A DNA stretch of 63,779 nucleotides, filler included, from Octopus bimaculoides (GCF_001194135.2; 5 parts of 5 records of this genome joined end to end with filler, not necessarily neighbours in it); one strand, 5' to 3'; counted from the first letter of the whole stretch, positions 26,316-39,124 are shown. Notes: generated by a model not told the origin, from the sequence alone. Made by a program: numbers and translations.

Positions 26316-26584
26316 AGAAAACCAATGTAGGAGTGAAAATGGGCCTATTTAAGCGTAAACAAGCAAACTGTAAACATGCTTGCTACTGATTTAAATGCTT
26401 CATGACAATGAATGAATCAAGCAAAAAAATAAAAGATATGTGCTATTAGTTATTTTGTTTACATTTAAAATTTTTTTTACAATTGGCTAATCTATTTTTA
26501 ATGAGCCCAGCCATTGAAGACAATATAAATTTCTGTAAACAAGTGAAATCTATATAAATGTTTATTAACATGAAAGTGGCTTAC

Positions 26585-26718
26585 CCAATATCAGCCCCAG
26601 CCAAGAAACAGCCAGGTTTTCCAGACATTAGAACAACACTTTTAATTTGATCATTGCTCCAGATTTCCTCCATGATTCCTACAATCTCATGTTGTAGAGG
26701 CTTTGATAAAGTATTTAC
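26585..26718 (-). CDS. HADHA: Trifunctional enzyme subunit alpha; probable exon 4 (134 nt, [44 protein letters not shown])
   Basis: ttgtag acceptor and gtaagc donor, in frame with the 71-nt exon. Contains the crotonase-fold F-x-A-G-A-D-I oxyanion motif. Confidence 0.96.
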
Positions 26719-27339
26719 CTACAATATATACAGCATATGTACAAAGTTAAATGCTATCATGACCAAAGAAAGACAAGACAAAATAAACAGCAGGCAAATT
26801 TGACATTTGCTTTATATACTAAAACTATATCAACATGTGTGAATGCATGTATCTATATTTTTATAAGAATATATATATTAGTGACAGAGGCAGTATTAAT
26901 GAACAAGAGTGCATTTTATACCAAAAGCAAATATGAGGGTTTCTTTCAAGGTAACTGCTGCAGTATAGTTTGTTCTTGTTAGAACAAACTATTTAAGCAG
27001 GGGGCTGTATTTTTATGTAAATATATACGTCAGTGCATGCTGGTAAGTGGGTGTCTACACTAAGTTGTATGTGTATATCTAGCAGTGTGCAAGATTCTGA
27101 CTGCATGTTGTAGAAAGTATAAGAATGAATGTTGATGTGTGTGGGAGACACAAATAATGATTACGTATCTTCCTTTAGCACTTTCAAAAATGGTAATTAT
27201 GCATGTAATTTTGTAACTTTGAATCTCACCATTCTTTTTATTCCTCTGAAGTCAATAAAATAAGCCTGATTAAAACTTAGAAATGTGAAGCACCAAACTA
27301 AATACAGATGGTACAAATGTATGAAATAATAACACTGCA

Positions 27340-27720
27340 ACATGATTTTGTCCTTGGGTAGCAATTATTATTTCCTACCTGCTTACCCCTATAAAGTATG
27401 AAAAATGGCTGATATTTCCTTCAAATTTTGCTTTTCTTACATTTATTCAAACCCTAAAGAATCCCTCTCAACACATACTCCTGCTCATGATCAGAGATGC
27501 ACATATTGTCAGCAACTAAGGGACATGCTCAAGTGGTTAAGGTCAAGCAACTGACAAGCAAATCTGGCACTGAACCAGACATTTGATATAATGATATTTC
27601 TGCTTCAGCAACCCAACACTGAATCTTTCTGAAATGTAATGGAAAATAATTCAGTTTCAAAACTTGATGTCCAGGTCACAAAAGTAAAGTTTGAAGGGAA
27701 TAGTAGTCACTTCCTTTGAT
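27340..27720. mobile_element. Non-autonomous DNA-transposon-like interspersed repeat
   Basis: Non-coding sequence I recognise as a recurrent octopus repeat (GCTCAAGTGGTTAAGGTCAAGCAACTGACAAGCAAATCT); class not assignable from this window. Confidence 0.35.
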
Positions 27721-28099
27721 TTCTAGATAGAAGCAAATAAGAAATAACACTTACTGACCAAAAACAGAAAAACATTAAAATTTTGATACAGTGTAATATA
27801 TAGGATTTCTAGCATGAACACAAGGCCATGTTTTGTGATGCTTTATTTCAATGAAAGGCAAAGTATATTTTGGCAGGATTTGAACTCACAACATTAAGTG
27901 CCAGAACTATATCACAGAAAGTATTTTGTATGCATTCTACCAATTTTGCCAATTTACAGCCCTTGAAATATTATTTCAGGGACTGTAGATTGCACAAGAC
28001 CACCAAATATACATGGTTAGTGGTTATATAATACTTAATAATGTGTGGTACTTCCCAGATGAGGCTTAATTATTTTAGTGTTCTAATGATTAACAACAA

Positions 28100-28312
28100 C
28101 GCAGTGACCGGCGGAATTGTTAGCACACTGGGTAAAATACTTGGTGGCATCTCTTTAGTCTTTATGTTCTGAGTTCAAATTCCACCAAAGTTGACTTTGC
28201 CTTTCATCCTTTTGGGGTTGATAAAATAAGTATCAGTTGAACACTGGGGTTGATGTTATCAGCTTACACCCCCTCCCCTGAACTTGCTGGCCTTGTACAA
28301 AGTTTGAAACTC
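28100..28312 (+). mobile_element. SINE family A
   Basis: Full-length diverged copy. Confidence 0.8.
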
Positions 28313-28314
<2 letters not shown>

Positions 28315-28349
<35 letters not shown>

Positions 28350-28390
28350 GATGATGATTACTACTACTACTACTACTACTACTACTACAT
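28315..28390. repeat. (ATT)n(ATG)n(ACT)n microsatellite abutting the HADHA exon donor
   Basis: Seen directly. Confidence 0.95.
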
Positions 28391-28399
28391 CATAGTCAC

Positions 28400-28470
28400 C
28401 TTTGAATCTGGAGAGTTCATCTTGACAACTGCAACATCATCTTTCACTTCATAGTTTACATGAACTCGAG
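28400..28470 (-). CDS. HADHA: Trifunctional enzyme subunit alpha; probable exon 3 (71 nt, ARVHVNYEVKDDVAVVKMNSPDSK)
   Basis: ctttattcttttttctcag acceptor and gtgact donor. The peptide matches the start of the HADHA enoyl-CoA hydratase domain (human [24 protein letters not shown], recalled). Confidence 0.95.
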
Positions 28471-30180
28471 CTGAGAAAAAAAGAATAAAGGAAAGATAAG
28501 TTTTATTAAATGGAAATATTTCTTATACAGACACAAGTGTTCATATTTATAATTAAAAACATAACTTTCTCAAGTATCCAAGGAATTATTTAAGGAAGTG
28601 ATACTGAACCTTGATTTCCATTCTGGCACTCTGATAGGAGACATATCAATCTTTGGATAAAATTGTCTATTGTAGGTAATAGGTTTTTCTAGAAAAACCC
28701 ATTACTTATTACTCTTACTTAGATGAGTGAAAACAACCAGCAGCAGATTTGAAATTATAACCCATAACCATCAAGTCCAAAAACTTATCTTCTAAGCCAT
28801 TTTATCTTAGATTTGAGGGTACAGAAAATGGATATTCATGCCTTCATCAAAAGCATTAACAATGTCAGTAAACTTAATTACATCATTGAATTAACTGCTG
28901 ACTTTGACTTCTCGTAGGTAGGCACTCAGTTGTTGTGCATTGGCTATTCACTGGTTGTTGTTACAAATACCAATCATTATTTCAAATATGGATTGTGCAG
29001 CATCATTGGTGACGCCAACCAAAGAAAAGAATCAAGAACAAAAAGTGCTGACTACCATTCTTAATCTCAGCTGGCAAGACATGGCACCTGTTCAGCCACC
29101 CTACCAAAGATATGGTGAAATCATGTGTCTGCAGCATGGTGGATTGTGAAGAGGTAACAGAAGAGCTCAACTTAGCTAATGGTACTTTTTACATTGATGC
29201 TGAGCAGAGGAGTCCTAGAAGATCAACAGTGAGGATTACCAAGCTCTATCAAATGAGTAACTGCAATTCATCCACAGGAGTGGCATTCACAGTTGTGTAA
29301 TCAGCTCATGAAAGATTTACTATGGCTCAAGCTTCCAATTCAAATTCATAATAAAGCAATTGGATGGTGACAGAGAGTCATGGGAATTTGCAAAAGCAGC
29401 ATAAAAGATTAAAAAAAGAGATGATGTAACAGTAAGAATTTAGTGCCTCACAGAACATAGAATAACAGAGCAGAGTGGTTTTTTAAATACGTAATTTTCT
29501 AAGTACAACTCACTAGAAACATTTTATCTGTAGCTCCACATCTTAACAAGAATTCAAACTGCTTTGTATACATTTCAACATTCTCATCATCATTGTTGTA
29601 ATGTCCACTTTTTTGTGCTTGCATGGGTCAGATGGAGTTTACTGAGGCTTATTTCTTCAGCCATATGCCCTTCCTGATGACAACCCTCACCTGTTTCTAA
29701 GCGAAGTAATATTTCCCCAAGCTGCGCATGTTTATAAGAATATTGAAAATGAATGACCACTTCTACGACAGTGACACTCATTTATGATTCTCACACAAAA
29801 CAAGGAGAAACAAACACATGCACACACATATACAATGAACCTCTTTCAGTTTCAGTCTACCAAATCCACTCACAAGGCTTTGGTCAGCCTGAAGCCAGAG
29901 TAGAAGAGATCTGTCCTAGGTGCCACTCAGTGGATCTGAACTAGAAACCAAGTGGCTTGGAAGCGAATTTTATGACCACAGAGACATGCCTTACTTACAA
30001 CACACTGAGAAAAAGGACAATTACCAATCAATTAGTTTAATCTTAAATATACGAATGTACACATGTATATATACATATGAATGTGTGTATACACACATAA
30101 ACATACATGGATGCTAGTATTGAACAGTAAGAAAAAGTGCTCAACATCATATTAATGGATAAATATTCTTTATTTGTGGA

Positions 30181-30368
30181 TTAACAAAGCAACCAATGGT
30201 TTTATGTGGAGAGACATCTACAATTATTCAAGTGAGCCACTTGGAAATGATACTCATCACCATTTTGGAGGAGAAGACCAAAATGAAAACAAGTACCAAC
30301 ATTTACAAGGGGTTTGCTTGAATAATTGTAGAGATCTCCTTCCACAAGAACATTGGTTACCTTGTTAA
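30181..30368. repeat. Foldback inverted repeat, arms about 70 bp
   Basis: 30181-30255 pairs with 30293-30368; TTAA at both outer ends. Confidence 0.8.
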
Positions 30369-30441
30369 CCAACACAGTATACACACACACACACACACAC
30401 ATATGTAAGCGTATATATGTATGTGTGTGTGTGTGTATGTA

Positions 30442-30484
<43 letters not shown>

Positions 30485-30573
30485 GTATGTCTTTGACCAC
30501 TTCCATCCTCTCGGTCAACAAGTGCAACCATTGATCCAAACATGTTTTTTTCTATGTTTTCCTCTCCTCATTC

Positions 30574-30609
30574 CTTTCTGTAGAAGAGCATAGGCTTGAA
30601 ATGTCAAAG
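30574..30609 (+). ncRNA. Degenerate copy of the same hammerhead-like motif
   Basis: CUUU-CUGUAGA-A-GAGC(AUAG)GCUU-GAAA-UGUC-AAAG, in flanking sequence similar to 24860-24980. Confidence 0.35.
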
Positions 30610-31089
30610 ATTTCTTACATTTTTCCTGAACATCAAACTAAAACACTGTTCGTTGTCCCCTTACCTGTCTCTGTCTTTTTGTATAATTTTGAACCACACA
30701 CACGCGCACACACATATGGTTTGCCACTGCTGCAAATTATATCATCAAAGGGGAGAGAATATCTTTTCAGACAAGTTTAAAGATCCTGCATATTTAATTC
30801 TTAACTTAGACATCTTTCGATTCTTTTTTTTTTTTTTACAAAATAAAATCCTTAATTTTGTTTTTCTTGTAGTCTTGGTAACCACAAATAGCACTATTTC
30901 ACATTTCTTGGTAGTCCTTGGTGCAGTGCAAATCCAGACACAAGTTAATTATGTGATATTCAATACACACACACACACACACACAGAAAATAAGATGGCA
31001 GAGGAATAAATGATTACCTTATGAACTTCATTAGCTTACAGCTGTTTCTGCTATAAGACGTAGTGGAGTCATAGTTGAGTGATTGAGTA

Positions 31090-31450
31090 ACATCATATCT
31101 GTGTGTGTATAAATACAATGTATTTCTATACGATTGTATGTATGTAGTCATAGGAGGAATTAAATGTAGTGTGCAAGAGAGAAGACTGTGCATATTTGGT
31201 TACATGGTGTGTATGAATGAGGACAGTTGCATAAAGAAATGCTGATCACTTAAAGTGGATGGAACTTGTGGAAGAGGGAGACCAAGAGAGACATGAGACG
31301 AAGTACTGAAAGCCAATCTCAAGGCACTGAGCCTTATAAAGGAGATGACAATGGACCGACATATTTGGTTCCTCACTGTACTCAAGAAGACCTATCCACA
31401 ATAGCAGAATTGATATCCTAAACTCCCTTGGTTGATGCATGTCTGTAAGG
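31090..31450 (+). mobile_element. RTE LINE 3' ORF end
   Basis: KVDGTCGRGRPRET*DEVLKANLKALSL.KEMTMDR..W, the RTE C-terminal GRP..W motif. Confidence 0.75.
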
Positions 31451-32094
31451 GGCTCTACCCAATGCCCACCTACATCCTCTCTGCCCAATCAAGCATTTCC
31501 CTCCACTTTTCATCCCCTAACACCCATCACTTCTCTATACCCTGAGAGCAGAACAGATAAATACTACAACTGCCTGCTTTCTCAATTACCTTATTCCCCA
31601 CCCTGAATTACTTCCATTTCTCATTATCTTCCCCCAGATACTGTCTCCACCAATCACCTCCTTTCTGTGCCTTCTCTCCCCTGTGTTGTTCTCCATCATT
31701 AACACCTCACTTATCTGCTATCACCCTCAATGCTCTGTCATATCTACTATAACCACTGCCCCCGAGCCTCACCTACATTTCACTCCATCATTTGCCATCA
31801 TCTACATCCTGCCTACTCGTCCAGTTCAAACCTCTGTATCACCTCACTTATTCTCACTACCCCGAATGTCCATCAACGGCATGTTGCAACACACATGCGC
31901 CACCATCTTTCTCATTATTGCTCACTTTATCTTGCTATCTGACTCACCTGCTCTCTTTATCTTACCCTCTAACTCAACCTCCTTTCTTTTGCGGCTGGAG
32001 TATCCATGTATCTACTCTACAGCAAGATACCAACCCCTATCCTTCTATACTTTTAATTTCACATCAACTGGCAGAAAGCCACCATCACCCTCCT

Positions 32095-32292
32095 CCCTGC
32101 CGAAGGGTTTTTTTGTCTTGCAAGTTACTTGGTGACACTGTTGATGCTGGTGCCATGTAAAAAGTACCCAGTACACTCTGTAAAGTAGTTGGCATTAAGA
32201 AGGGCATCCAGCCATAGAAACCATTCCAAAACAGAGCCTGGTGCAGCACCAGTCAAACTGTCCACCCAATGTCAGCATGGAAAACGGACGAT
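32095..32292 (+). mobile_element. RTE 3' tail / RTE-tailed SINE
   Basis: Same tail sequence as at 37540-37700, 45825-46045 and, reversed, at 37715-37880, 39100-39204 and 42870-43000. Confidence 0.7.
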
Positions 32293-32300
32293 GAGATGTG

Positions 32301-32332
<32 letters not shown>

Positions 32333-32911
32333 TGTATGTAGACAGACAGACAGATTCATACATACATACATAAACATACATATACACACACACATCATAC
32401 ATGTACATAAATACATACACACATATCTACATACATAAGCACATATGTGAGCAAACAAACTCAAGGTGAAACTCAACAGATTTGGTAGGAGTTACATATA
32501 TTTTTATTAACAATTTGAATTAATTCCATATGACTTAATGCATCCATCTAACCAGAAAACAGCATTTTTAATGTGGATATATCTCAATGTGCCCATGAAA
32601 CTTCAAGCCATATGGAGCTGAGTCAAACTATTATTGATATACATATCTCTCTCTGTGTATATATATACATACATACACAGTAATCCCTCACCATATTGCA
32701 GGTCACCTAATGTGCACACAGTACATCACGGTTCACCTATCATGCACTCAGTACATCGCAGATTTTTCTGGCTAATATATGTAAATTCATATTGTGGGTT
32801 TCTGCAGCCGATAGGCATTTATATTCTTTTAGATCTTAATTGTTTCTGTGGGAGCTTTTGGAACATAACACATGTGATGGTCAAGGGATATATAGAGATA
32901 TATATGTATAT

Positions 32912-33209
32912 ATACAAAATTAAGAGGAATGACCATCTAATATGCTAAACATAGACGTCAAATTGCCATTACTATGAAGAGTGTTCTCAAGAAAAATCTC
33001 AGCAAAACACCAAAATATATATATAAATGAGCAAGACAAATGAAAATATACGAAATTTAATATGTTTTCATTTGTCTTGCTCATTTTTACATTTTGGCAT
33101 CTTGCTGAGATTTTTCTTGAGAACACACTCTTCATGGTAATGGCGATTTGATGTCTATGTTTAGCATATTAGGTGTCCATTTTAGTGGTCATTCCTCTTA
33201 ATTTTGTAT
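32912..33209. repeat. Near-perfect 300-bp palindrome (MITE-like), next to a Tigger-like terminus at about 32678
   Basis: TACAAAATTAAGAGGAATGACCA...TGGTCATTCCTCTTAATTTTGTA; arms about 130 bp with few mismatches. Confidence 0.85.
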
Positions 33210-33284
33210 GTAACATAATTCTTAATCATCGGATTTTTTAAATATGCTAAGCCACTGGTTTTAATTCTTCTTTTCTCTTTTTCG

Positions 33285-33582
33285 CCCTTTTAAAGCCTAG
33301 CCAGGCTCATGGGCCCAGTTTCCTGGTTTCTATAGCGCATGTGTTCCCCCCAGCTGGACGGGACGCCAGTCCATCACAGCTTTACTCAAGAAACAGGAAG
33401 AAGAGTGAGAGAAAGTTGAGGTGAAAGAGTACAACAGGGGTCGCCACCACCCCGTGCCGGAGCCTCGTGGAGCTTTAGGTGTTTTCGCTCAATAAACACA
33501 CGCAACGCCCGGTCTGGGAATCAAAACTGCTATCCTCCGACTGCAACTCCGCTGCCCTAACCACTGGGCAATTGCACCTCCA
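33285..33582 (-). mobile_element. tRNA-derived SINE (family D)
   Basis: Minus-strand head GGAGGTGCAATTGCCCAGTGGTTAGGGCAGCGGAGTTGCAGTCGGAGGATAGCAGTTTTGATTCCCAG with A/B-box-like motifs. Confidence 0.75.
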
Positions 33583-33626
33583 CCTGCTTTTAATTGATTA
33601 ATATCAATTTCTACCCTTATTATTTA

Positions 33627-33660
<34 letters not shown>

Positions 33661-34009
33661 TTATTTATATACACACACATAATACTATGGCTGAACTTGA
33701 TATTTTTCTCTATCCCCCTTTGTTATTAGAGTTCTATCATTACTTAACCTGTTTTGTATGGTTTTTATATTTGCTTTATTCAGTTATATCTATAATCATA
33801 GTTTCTTCATTGTAACTAAAATGCCAGCTTTTTAGCAAATTGTATAGATGCAGCAAGGTCAAATAGTTCAAATGTTTGTTCACCTCATAATTAACAAGGT
33901 CCTACCTTCAATTCTACTTTGTGAAATTCTGGACAAGTGCCTTTTACTATAGTCTACGATTAACCCAAGCTTTGTGATAGATGTACCAGTTTATTTCAAA
34001 ATCTCTTCA

Positions 34010-34160
34010 TATGTGGTAAGAAGCTTGCTTCCCAACCACATGGTACCAGGTTCAGTCCCACTGCATGGCACCTTAAGAAAATGTCTTCTACTACAGCCTC
34101 GGGCCAACCGAAGCCTTATGAGTGGATTTGTTAGACGGAAACTGAAAGAAGTCCATTGTA
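34010..34160 (+). mobile_element. SINE B head
   Basis: Other heads at about 510-625(+), 29830-29990(-), 46697-46860(-), 58710-58870(+) and 61965-62060(-). Isolated tails at about 35150-35332(+), 49085-49190(-) and 51955-52270(-). Confidence 0.8.
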
Positions 34161-34167
34161 CATATAC

Positions 34168-34218
<51 letters not shown>

Positions 34219-35083
34219 CATATATATGCAGGGTTGGCCAACAGTCACCTCAGAGCAAATCAAAATTCCATAAATACTTAATATTCAATTTTATTTATTC
34301 ATTTAGAAAAATGGTGTCACTCAAGAAGAACTTCAGTTTGAACAATTTTCATGATGTTTCAGATTGAGATGCTTTTCTGAAATCCATTTAGTTGCTAAAC
34401 ATAAATAAATCTTGGAATTAAATGGTTNNNNNNNNNNNNNNNNNNNNNNNNNNNNNNNNNNNNNNNNNNNNNNNNNNNNNNNNNNNNNNNNNNNNNNNNN
34501 NNNNNNNNNNNNNNNNNNNNNNNNNNNNNNNNNNNNNNNNNNNNNNNNNNNNNNNNNNNNNNNNNNNNNNNNNNNNNNNNNNNNNNNNNNNNNNNNNNNN
34601 NNNNNNNNNNNNNNNNNNNNNNNNNNNNNNNNNNNNNNNNNNNNNNNNNNNNNNNNNNNNNNNNNNNNNNNNNNNNNNNNNNNNNNNNNNNNNNNNNNNN
34701 NNNNNNNNNNNNNNNNNNNNNNNNNNNNNNNNNNNNNNNNNNNNNNNNNNNNNNNNNNNNNNNNNNNNNNNNNNNNNNNNNNNNNNNNNNNNNNNNNNNN
34801 NNNNNNNNNNNNNNNNNNNNNNNNNNNNNNNNNNNNNNNNNNNNNNNNNNNNNNNNNNNNNNNNNNNNNNNNNNNNNNNNNNNNNNNNNNNNNNNNNNNN
34901 NNNNNNNNNNNNNNNNNNNNNNNNNNNNNNNNNNNNNNNNNNNNNNNNNNNNNNNNNNNNNNNNNNNNNNNNNNNNNNNNNNNNNNNNNNNNNNNNNNNN
35001 NNNNNNNNNNNNNNNNNNNNNNNNNNNNNNNNNNNNNNNNNNNNNNNNNNNNNNNNNNNNNNNNNNNNNNNNNNNNNNNNNNN

Positions 35084-35136
<53 letters not shown>

Positions 35137-35349
35137 GTGTATATGTCTTTGTATCTGTGTTTGTCCCCTACCACATTTGCTTGACAACCAATGTTGGTGT
35201 GTTTACATCCAATTTAGCAGTTCAGCAAAAGAAAACCGATAGAATAAGTACTAGGCTCTAAAACCCCTTGAGGCGGTGCTGCAGCACGGCCACAGTCAAA
35301 TGACTGAAACAAGTAAAAGAATAAAAGAATATAAATGATATTCACTTAC

Positions 35350-35394
35350 CTGCTTGAGCTGAATTTAAAGAAAAATATCTCAATGAATGCATTC
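35350..35394 (-). CDS. HADHA: Trifunctional enzyme subunit alpha, mitochondrial; probable coding exon 2 (45 nt, transit-peptide end, (x)MHSLRYFSLNSAQA)
   Basis: Minus strand reads ttcttctatatttcag/GAATGCATTCATTGAGATATTTTTCTTTAAATTCAGCTCAAGCAG/gtaagt. Phase 1-1, joins the next exon in frame to give ...RYFSLNSAQAARVHVNYEVK, a typical mitochondrial presequence end. Confidence 0.8.
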
Positions 35395-35774
35395 CTGAAA
35401 TATAGAAGAAAAGTAATTAATGATAAATTATTCAGCTTCAGCTGTGAAAATTCAAACCTTATATACCATAGACAGCAGTTCAGTAAGTCTAATGTTTTTT
35501 TCTCAATAACATTTCAGAGTTTTCTTTCATTCTTTCATTAGTTTCAGTCTCTGAGGCACCAACTTCAAAGGTTTTATTTGAGTATGTCGATCTCAATACT
35601 CAGGTAATAATTTTATTGACTTCATAAGAGAGAGAAGTGAAGTCCACTTCAGTCTGGAAATTTAAACAGGTTTATGTTATTTTGTACATTTGTTGTGGAT
35701 GAGCAGCCTTGGGTCAGCTCTGCTAGAATAGATTTAGAGTAGACGTAGTTTTAATATATATATACATAAGATAA

Positions 35775-35985
35775 GGCAGCAAGCTGGCAGAACTGTTAGC
35801 ATGACAGGCAAAATGCCAAATGGAATTTTGCCCCTCTTTACATTCTGGGTTCAAATGCCACCAGGGTTGCCTTTCATCCTTTCAGGTTCGATAAAATAGG
35901 TACCAGTTGAGCACTAGGGTCAATTTAATCAATTTAGCATCTCTCCCAAAATTGTTGGCTTTGTGCCAAAATTTGAAACCAATAT
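35775..35985 (+). mobile_element. SINE family A
   Basis: Full-length diverged copy. Confidence 0.8.
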
Positions 35986-36279
35986 GTATACATAAGATCA
36001 CTTATATGATATACATGGCCTGGCCATCTGAGCTAATGTTTCATAATGATGGCTTGGCTTTAGCTTTCTCAAGGATGGCAATACTGGTGGCATAACTTGC
36101 CCATTTTAAACTCTTCAGTACTCAAGTTTCTTGATGTCTTGATGGTACAGTGTCTATGTTTCACATCTAAAGTATAATGCTGAAACAATGACAGCTTGAA
36201 ACACTATGTGTTTGGTTTGCTGGGACAGACTTCCAGAAGTGTCGGTGGAGGATACTGCAATCAGTCCAAACTCCATTTA

Positions 36280-36480
36280 CAAAAACTGACTAATGTCACG
36301 TAGATAACAGCAGTACATAGAGAACAATGCCTCACCAGCTTGTATACGAGGAGATGCAACAGTAAGTTAATAGATTCAAGAAGGTATATGGTTGCTTTGA
36401 TCTGACCATCAACATCTGGACAACCAAAATGCTCATCCAGCATACTCCTTCCAGACTGCACCCTCATTATCTCAAACACC
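36280..36480 (+). mobile_element. Degenerate RTE RT fragment
   Basis: EEMQQ*VNRFKKVYGCFDLTINIWTTKML resembles the RTE post-YADD helix (LQxLxxRF...FGLTI..KT.V). Confidence 0.5.
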
Positions 36481-36989
36481 CTCTCTTGCAAGAGAAAGTT
36501 TCTTTTTAATGCAAAGCAAGTTCAAGAAAGATGAAGCAGAGAGGATCTGTGTCTATAATATAACACAAGTTAAAAACTAATCTCAACTATTGTTTTATTA
36601 CTGTTTAAGTAGCGTCCCACAAGTTAACCCAACTACTTCAACTATTATGTCAAAGAAACAGATAAGATAACACAGATCATGATAAACATTGATTTGGACA
36701 GAAATCTTGGCTTTTCTTTTTATCAGTTGTAAAAAAATGCACTATTGATACAGTAATGACCTTATTAGACATATCAATGCTATCCTTATACCTATATAAA
36801 ATGCTATAGACTTGAAATGTACTAACACAATATATTCATAAGATCTATATGATTCATTTTATACAAATACAGAATAGCTAAAATAGAAAAAAGTGAACAA
36901 TGCAACTGGATATGTGAAAATCGGTCATTTGAAGTGTAAATAATATTTTTTTTTTTAGATGTGTTATTATGAATAAGTTATTTGAAAGA

Positions 36990-37210
36990 GTAGGTTAGTG
37001 GCATCTGCTGTCTTGTGCTGGTAACAATAATAATAGAGCTTCTTGGTAACAGAGATAGCAGAGTAGCTAGGGTATAAAGTTCTGTTACATAGGTGGTATG
37101 AATTATTGCTTGTGAGAGTTGTAGGGTAGCTATGGTGCAAAGTTCTGTTACCAAGGGAATATAAATTATAGTCAGTAATAGTAGAGTAGCTAGGGGACAA
37201 AATTTCTGCT
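36990..37210. repeat. Degenerate minisatellite, period about 60-70 bp
   Basis: Three units sharing AGTAGCTAGGG...AAAGTTCTGTTAC. Confidence 0.55.
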
Positions 37211-37275
37211 ATCTTATTAGATACAAGATTAGCAAACAGTTGGAAGAATTTCATGGAACTACTTCAAATCTCAGC

Positions 37276-37325
<50 letters not shown>

Positions 37326-37714
37326 TTCCTGATGAATCTCTCTACCCTGTAACTTATCTTTCTAATTCCACCTTCCTCCACCTGTGATCACTCACGGCAT
37401 TCCCCTCCTCACCATCTCTCACCCTATCCAATCCTCTGTACCATTTCCCTTATATACCCCTCTCTGTAACTTGAGGGTATGCTTTGATACATCTTCTTTC
37501 TCTCTCTCTCTCTTTTCCAACTAGTGTAGTTGTGTATCTCCACTACAGCAAAACCTATGTTTCTCTGTAAAGTGGTTGGAATTAGAAGGGCATTTCAGCC
37601 GTAGAAACCATGCCAAAGCAAACAGTTGGCATAGTCCTCTGGCTTGCCAGCTACTCTCCAAACTATGCAAGTATGGAAAGCAGATGTTAAATGATGATGA
37701 TGATATTATATATC

Positions 37715-39093
37715 TATCATCATCATCATCGTCATTTAACATCCACTTTCCATGCTGGCATGGGTTGGACGGTTTGACTGAGGACTGGCAAGGCTGGAGA
37801 GCTGCACCACGCTCCAATCCGATCTGGCAAAGTCTCTACAGCTGGATGCCCTTCCTAAAGCAAACCACTCCGAGAGTGTAGTGGGTGCTTTTTATGTGCC
37901 ACTGGCACGAGGGCCAGTCAAGCAGTACTGGTATTGACTACACTTGAATGGTGCTTTTTACGTGCCACCGGCATGGGAGCTAGTCAGACAGCACTGGCAA
38001 TGACCTTGCTTGAATAGTGCTTTTTATGTGCCACCGGCTGGGACCAGTCAGCTGACACTGGCATCAAACATGCATGAATGGTGCTTTTTACGTGCCACTG
38101 ACATGGGAGCCAGTCAGGCAGCAGTGGCAACGATCACACTTGAATAATACTTTTTACATGCCACCCGCACAGGACCAGTCAGGCAGCACTGGCATCAAGC
38201 ACACTCGAATGGTGCTTTTTATGTGCTACCAGCACGGGTGCCAATCAGGTGGTACTGTCATCGGCCACAACAACAACTTCACTTGCCTCAACAGGGTCTT
38301 CGCAAGCGCAGTTTATTGCCCAATGATTAAAGGGTACTCTTAAATGGAATGGTTATGCTGCATTTGCATAAGCCATGGTCACAGTCTCACTTGGCTTGCT
38401 GGGTCTTCTCAAGCACAGCATATCTCCAAAGGTCTCAGTCACTTGTCATCACCTCAGTGAGGGCCAATGTTCGAAGGTTGTGCTTCACCACCTCATTCAA
38501 GGTCTTCCTGGGTCTACCTCTTCCACAGGTTCCCTCTACTGCTAGGGTGTGACACTTTTTCACACAGCTGTCCTCATCCATACGCAACACGTGACGATAC
38601 CAACACAGTCATCTCTCTTGCACACCACATCTGATGCTTCTTATGCCCAACTTTTCTCTCAGGGTGCTTACACTCTGTCTTGTATGCACACTGACATTAN
38701 NNNNNNNNNTTTTCTCTCAGGGTGCTTACACTCTGTCTTGTATGCACACTGACATTACACATCCAGCAGAGCATACTAGCTTCATTCCTTGCAAGCTTAC
38801 GCATGACCTCAGCATGTAGCATGGCTGTTTGCACACAGGCATCATACAGTCTACCTTTTACTCTAAGCAAGAGGCCCTTTGTCACCAGCAGAAGTAGGAA
38901 CTTTCTGAACTTTGCCCAGGCTATTCTTATTCTAGCAGCTACACTCTCAGAGCATCCACCCTGGCTACTGATTTGGTCATCTAAGTAATGGAAGCTATCA
39001 ACTACTTGTATTCTTTCCCCTTGGAATGTGACGGAAGCTGTTTTCTGCACATTTTCAGTGTTTATTGCCCCTGAGCATTTGCCACATATATAT

Positions 39094-39124
<31 letters not shown>

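Noticed and set aside
38650-38760. Direct repeat of about 48 bp inside the RTE
   Set aside because: Flanks an 11-N gap; probably an unmerged contig overlap.
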